NCBI GenBank assembly: GCA_964468895.1
Contig: CAYXWT010000027.1
Location: forward strand, 1 to 9,984
Direction: 5' to 3'
From: an uncultured archaeon
GTDB lineage: Archaea; Iainarchaeota; Iainarchaeia; Iainarchaeales; CSSED10-239
DNA length: 9,984 bases
The position numbers and the translations under genes are program-made. Below the pieces are notes generated by a model. That model ran no database searches, was not told the origin of the DNA, and worked only from the letters and a program-made list of their open reading frames with translations. Below, one piece after another: positions 6,875 to 9,984 of the stretch. Every line of letters starts with the position of its first letter. Positions within the stretch are counted from its first letter, which is position 1.

Positions 6875-7582
6875 TTATTTTTTCTTTCTACCACTTCTTG
6901 TAGCTGCAATTGAACCAACTTTTCTTCCTGCTGGAGCATGTCTACTAGTAGATTTAGAGTGACCAACATGATGTTGAGATCCACCAAAAGGATGATCTAC
7001 TGGATTCATAGCAACTCCTCTAACAGTTGGATATGGTTTACCTCTAGCCTTCATAGCATAAAACTTATTTCCAGCTTTAACAAATGGTTTCATATGTCTT
7101 CCACTACCTGCAACAACACCAATAGTTGCACGAGCATCTAAAGACACTTCTTTAATTTTACCAGATGGTAATTTAATAATAGCACATTTTTCTTTTTTAT
7201 TAACTAAAACTGCACTTAGTCCACTACTTCTAGCAAACTTTCCACCATCTCCAAAATTCTTTTCAATATTATAAATATTAGTACCAGGTTCTATATCTCT
7301 TAATGCTAAAACATTACCTAAACTTACTTTTGCACCAGTTCCAAATTCAATTTTTTGTCCAGTTTTCATACCTTCTGAAGCAATAGTATATAATTCTTTA
7401 CCATCAGATAATAAAATTTTTGCAAGTGGAGGATTTCTTATAGGATCAGTAATAAAATCTACAACTTGACCAAGAACATAATCTTTAACAGGTTTATATT
7501 TCACATCTACCTTTGCATGAATTGTAGCTTTATATTTAGGAGTTCCTTTTCCTCTTTTTTGAAGTTTTAATCTTCTACCCAT
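6875..7582 (-). CDS. rpl2: 50S ribosomal protein L2 (uL2)
   Basis: 235-aa ORF with uL2 signatures (GRHMKPFVKAGN, YPTVRGVAMNPVDHPFGGSQHH, GRKVGSIAATRSGRKK). GTGAT lies at 7588-7592 upstream. Confidence 0.97.
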   Translation of the reverse strand: MGRRLKLQKRGKGTPKYKATIHAKVDVKYKPVKDYVLGQVVDFITDPIRNPPLAKILLSDGKELYTIASEGMKTGQKIEFGTGAKVSLGNVLALRDIEPGTNIYNIEKNFGDGGKFARSSGLSAVLVNKKEKCAIIKLPSGKIKEVSLDARATIGVVAGSGRHMKPFVKAGNKFYAMKARGKPYPTVRGVAMNPVDHPFGGSQHHVGHSKSTSRHAPAGRKVGSIAATRSGRKKK

Positions 7583-7635
7583 TTTAAATCACTAATTAAA
7601 TATTTTTATATAATTTTATTAATAAAAATTAAATT

Positions 7636-7905
7636 TTATATTACTCCAAGTTTATTAGCTAAATCTTGAGCACTAAATCCTTTTTTCAAAGTAACCATTG
7701 CTTTTTTTCTATTTTTTCTATCTTTTAAAACATTTATTTTTTGAACCTTTACATTATAAAGTTTTTCTACAGCTTCTCTAATTTGAGCTTTATTAGCAAT
7801 TTTATTAACAACAAAAGTAATTCTATTATCACTAGATATTAGATTTACTGATTTTTCAGTAATAACAGGATATTCTACAATATCATAATATTCTATATTT
7901 TTCAT
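7636..7905 (-). CDS. rpl23: 50S ribosomal protein L23 (uL23)
   Basis: uL23 pattern (YPVITEKSVNLISSDNRITFVVNKIANKAQIREAVEKLYNVKV, KKAMVTL) between L4 and L2. I place the start at the ATG at 7905-7903, which is preceded by GTGTGT. The track start at 7917 is four codons upstream. Confidence 0.9.
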   Translation of the reverse strand: MKNIEYYDIVEYPVITEKSVNLISSDNRITFVVNKIANKAQIREAVEKLYNVKVQKINVLKDRKNRKKAMVTLKKGFSAQDLANKLGVI

Positions 7906-7931
7906 AAATACACACATTTTTTAAATTTTAA

Positions 7932-8744
7932 TTAATCATTAAATCTTTTAGTAAGACTTTCAACAGCTGCTTCACTAAAAACTGTTAACCTACCAGCATG
8001 AGTACCAGGAGCTAACTCTTTAATAGATAAATTACTAGCATTAACTACATCAACACCCTCTAGGTTACTAAAAGCTTTACGATTCTTAGAATCATTTAAA
8101 ACAAACAACACACTTTTTCTTCTTTTGTATTTTCTGCCTCTCATTTTTCCTTTACCAGCTCTTATTTGTCTTTTATTTTTAGCTTTTTCTATATCTTGAT
8201 CTAAACCAATTTGTTTTAAAATATCATAAACTTCACTTGTTTTATTAACTTCTTCAATATTACTTTCAAAAATTATAGGTAATACAATTTTTGCTGGTAT
8301 TTTATGACCTCTATTTTCAACAAGTTCTTTATTAGCAACAGCGCTAATTGCAGAAATAATAGCTTTAGTTCTTTCTTTAGAATTAATTTTTCTGATTAAT
8401 ATTCTAGTAACTTTAGGAGGGTGAGCTCTAGGTCCACCAACAGCTTGACAAATACCTGCAACTCTACCAGCCATTAAAGTTCTTCTATTTTTTAATCTAG
8501 GAAGTCTAGCTTTACCAGTATTAATACATCTATTAGGTACAGGTCTATATTTTCTAGAACCAATATATTCAGCAGTATTATTTCTATTAGACAAAGGACT
8601 ATTACCCATACGTTGATAATCTCTAGATTGACTAGAAATAACTGCATGTTTAATTAAATCTGGTCTATAACTTTGTTCAAAATAACTTGGCAAATTTAAT
8701 TGCTTTACAACTTTTCCGCTAATATCAAAAACATTTGCTTTCAT
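7932..8744 (-). CDS. rpl4: 50S ribosomal protein L4 (uL4)
   Basis: The MKANVFDISGK N-terminus is typical of archaeal uL4. The conserved loop region is present (RLPRLKNRRTLMAGRVAGICQAVGGPRAHPPK). I place the start at the ATG at 8744-8742, preceded by TGATCC (8747-8752). That element aligns with the distal part of the anti-SD complement at the same spacing as other genes here. The ATG at 8756 is the alternative. Confidence 0.92.
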   Translation of the reverse strand: MKANVFDISGKVVKQLNLPSYFEQSYRPDLIKHAVISSQSRDYQRMGNSPLSNRNNTAEYIGSRKYRPVPNRCINTGKARLPRLKNRRTLMAGRVAGICQAVGGPRAHPPKVTRILIRKINSKERTKAIISAISAVANKELVENRGHKIPAKIVLPIIFESNIEEVNKTSEVYDILKQIGLDQDIEKAKNKRQIRAGKGKMRGRKYKRRKSVLFVLNDSKNRKAFSNLEGVDVVNASNLSIKELAPGTHAGRLTVFSEAAVESLTKRFND

Positions 8745-8777
8745 AAGGATCAACATTTAAATATAATATATATTATT

Positions 8778-9767
8778 TTATTTAGAAATATAAGAAATTT
8801 CTGCTATTTCTAAGTTATATTTGTGTTTTCTAATTGCATTTCTTAATACAACTATTCTTTTTGATGGACCAGGAACATTTCCTGCAACTAAAACATATTT
8901 GTTTTTAACAACACCATAATTTGAAAACCCTTTTGTAGGATTCACTTTATCAGCATCAGTATCAATCATCAACAATTTTTTATTATAAGTAGTTCTGTTA
9001 TGGAAACCATATTGTCCAGGTCTAGGAACTGTAAACATAATAGTAGCTGGATGCCAAGGATTAATAGAACCAACATGTCTTTGAATTTGTTGATGTTTAG
9101 GTCTTTGTACTTTAATACCATTTCTTTTTACTGGACCAGTAAAACCATGTCCAATAGAAATAGATTTTGCATCTAAATAATCATCTTTATTAAACACATT
9201 GTCAACAGAAATTACTTTATTAAATTTATCTTGAAGATATTTAATTTGTTGTTCATAAGTTCCACTTAAAGGAACTTCAACAATAACAGGAACTTTTTGT
9301 CCAATTCCAGTTTTAGAAGCTTGAACTAAACAAATTAGATTTAAAGAATTTGCATCATCCTTTCGCTTTAGTGATTCTTCCAAAGAAACAGGGCTTTTTT
9401 GTTTTTTACCACCAATTCTTTTTTTAAAATCTTTATCTTGTAAAGTAAATTCAAAAACAGCGTTTTTTCCAACTGTAGACTTATAATCTTTATAAAATCT
9501 AGCACCAACAACTTTAAGATCTGGTGTTTCTAAAACAGTTACAGGTATAGACATATCTTGTCCATAATTAGAAGCTTTTTGTTTTGCATTTTTTGCAATA
9601 ACATAAGTCATACCAACTTTAAAAGTATAAAAACAAAGAGGTTTACAACCATCTATATTAAGATCATCTAAACATCCATAAGAATTAAATTTAGGAACTA
9701 TACTTTTAGCTCTAACTCTTGGATAATAAGCCATTGAACCAGCACGTGGTTTACTTTTTCTAGCCAT
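8778..9767 (-). CDS. rpl3: 50S ribosomal protein L3 (uL3); first gene of the cluster
   Basis: 329-aa ORF with archaeal uL3 features (MARKSKPRAGSMAYYPRVRA, GHGFTGPVKRNGIKVQRPKHQ, GSINPWHPA, PRPGQYGFHNRT, VAGNVPGP). GTGA lies at 9775-9778 upstream. Confidence 0.97.
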   Translation of the reverse strand: MARKSKPRAGSMAYYPRVRAKSIVPKFNSYGCLDDLNIDGCKPLCFYTFKVGMTYVIAKNAKQKASNYGQDMSIPVTVLETPDLKVVGARFYKDYKSTVGKNAVFEFTLQDKDFKKRIGGKKQKSPVSLEESLKRKDDANSLNLICLVQASKTGIGQKVPVIVEVPLSGTYEQQIKYLQDKFNKVISVDNVFNKDDYLDAKSISIGHGFTGPVKRNGIKVQRPKHQQIQRHVGSINPWHPATIMFTVPRPGQYGFHNRTTYNKKLLMIDTDADKVNPTKGFSNYGVVKNKYVLVAGNVPGPSKRIVVLRNAIRKHKYNLEIAEISYISK

Positions 9768-9793
9768 ATAAATTTCACATTTTAATTAAATAA

Positions 9794-9810
9794 TTTTTAT
9801 AAAAAAACAT
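9794..9810 (-). promoter_or_regulatory. Candidate archaeal TATA-box region (minus strand ATGTTTTTTTATAAAAA) for the L3 operon
   Basis: A TTTATAAA-like box is centred about 33 nt upstream of the L3 ATG, in the only long non-coding stretch of the window. A second similar box (ATGTTTTTATAAGA) lies at 9848-9861. In DNA this AT-rich, TATA-like strings are common, so the assignment is tentative. Confidence 0.3.
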
Positions 9811-9815
9811 TTTTA

Positions 9816-9835
9816 ATTGTAAATATATTTACAAT
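9816..9835. repeat. Perfect 20-bp palindrome ATTGTAAATA|TATTTACAAT in the leader region upstream of L3
   Basis: Read directly: positions 9816-9825 are the exact reverse complement of 9826-9835. It lies 49-68 nt upstream of the L3 ATG. It sits between two copies of the minus-strand motif ATGTTTTT(TT)ATAA. Confidence 0.85.
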
Positions 9836-9984
9836 AATTTGTAATATTCTTATAAAAACATAAAAAACTCATGTTTTTTTCTTGACTTACTTTGTATTTA
9901 TATATTAACTATACAAATAAATCGCTAACATAAAAATGTTAACACACAGTGTACAAAGTAACTTATAAACTTTTTTAATAACAT

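Noticed and set aside
6938-7141. 67-aa plus-strand ORF
   Set aside because: It is antisense to the highly conserved C-terminal part of L2, so it is a shadow ORF.
7583-7635. TATA-like string (minus strand TTATATAAAAAT) in the 53-nt L23-L2 spacer as an internal promoter
   Set aside because: TATA-like strings occur by chance throughout this AT-rich sequence. Nothing distinguishes this one, and the GTGAT SD just downstream is enough to explain the spacer.
9882-9905. Bacterial-looking TTGACT followed by TATATT/TATTAA on the plus strand
   Set aside because: The spacing (13-15 nt) is off for a sigma-70 promoter. The gene content shows this is an archaeon, where such elements are not used.
9925-9984. 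19-codon minus-strand ORF starting at the ATG at the window edge (MLLKKFISYFVHCVLTFLC)
   Set aside because: It is too short, has no SD-like element visible in the window and no recognisable motif. It may be chance in AT-rich DNA. It cannot be evaluated without the upstream sequence.
1-9984. Search for CRISPR repeats, transposase or integrase genes, tRNA/rRNA/structured GC-rich RNA islands, toxin-antitoxin or defence genes, and stop-codon reassignment
   Set aside because: None was seen. There are no spaced direct repeats and no GC-rich islands. Every sizeable minus-strand ORF is a recognisable translation-apparatus gene. TAA, TAG and TGA all terminate genes at conserved C-termini.

Overview
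About 97% of the window is one tightly packed, co-directional gene array on the minus strand. It is the archaeal large ribosomal-protein supercluster in canonical order (transcription runs from high to low coordinates): L3-L4-L23-L2-S19-L22-S3-L29-SUI1/aIF1-RNase P Rpp29-S17-L14-L24-S4e-L5-S14-S8-L6-L32e-L19e. L19e is cut by the window edge. S4e, L32e, L19e, the zinc-type S14 and the embedded SUI1 and Rpp29 genes mark it as archaeal rather than bacterial. By eye the DNA is roughly one quarter G+C. Spacers are 0-53 nt, and three gene pairs overlap. These traits, plus somewhat diverged and in places shortened proteins, fit a small-genome AT-rich archaeon. A DPANN-like lineage is a guess that cannot be verified here. 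S14 (57 aa) is missing from the supplied ORF track and was found by hand translation. Several track ORFs are over-extended at the N-terminus because the GTG or TTG taken as the start is really part of the Shine-Dalgarno-like GGTGA element. The only substantial non-coding stretch is 9768-9984, upstream of L3. It holds a perfect 20-bp palindrome flanked by repeated TATA-like T-rich motifs and is the likely operon promoter or regulatory region. I found no CRISPR array, mobile element, tRNA/rRNA, defence system or other accessory system. This is a core housekeeping locus. The findings are modest: a minimal 62-aa Rpp29, a TTG-initiated S3, an extra Cys quartet and charged tail in S17, translational coupling, and the leader palindrome.
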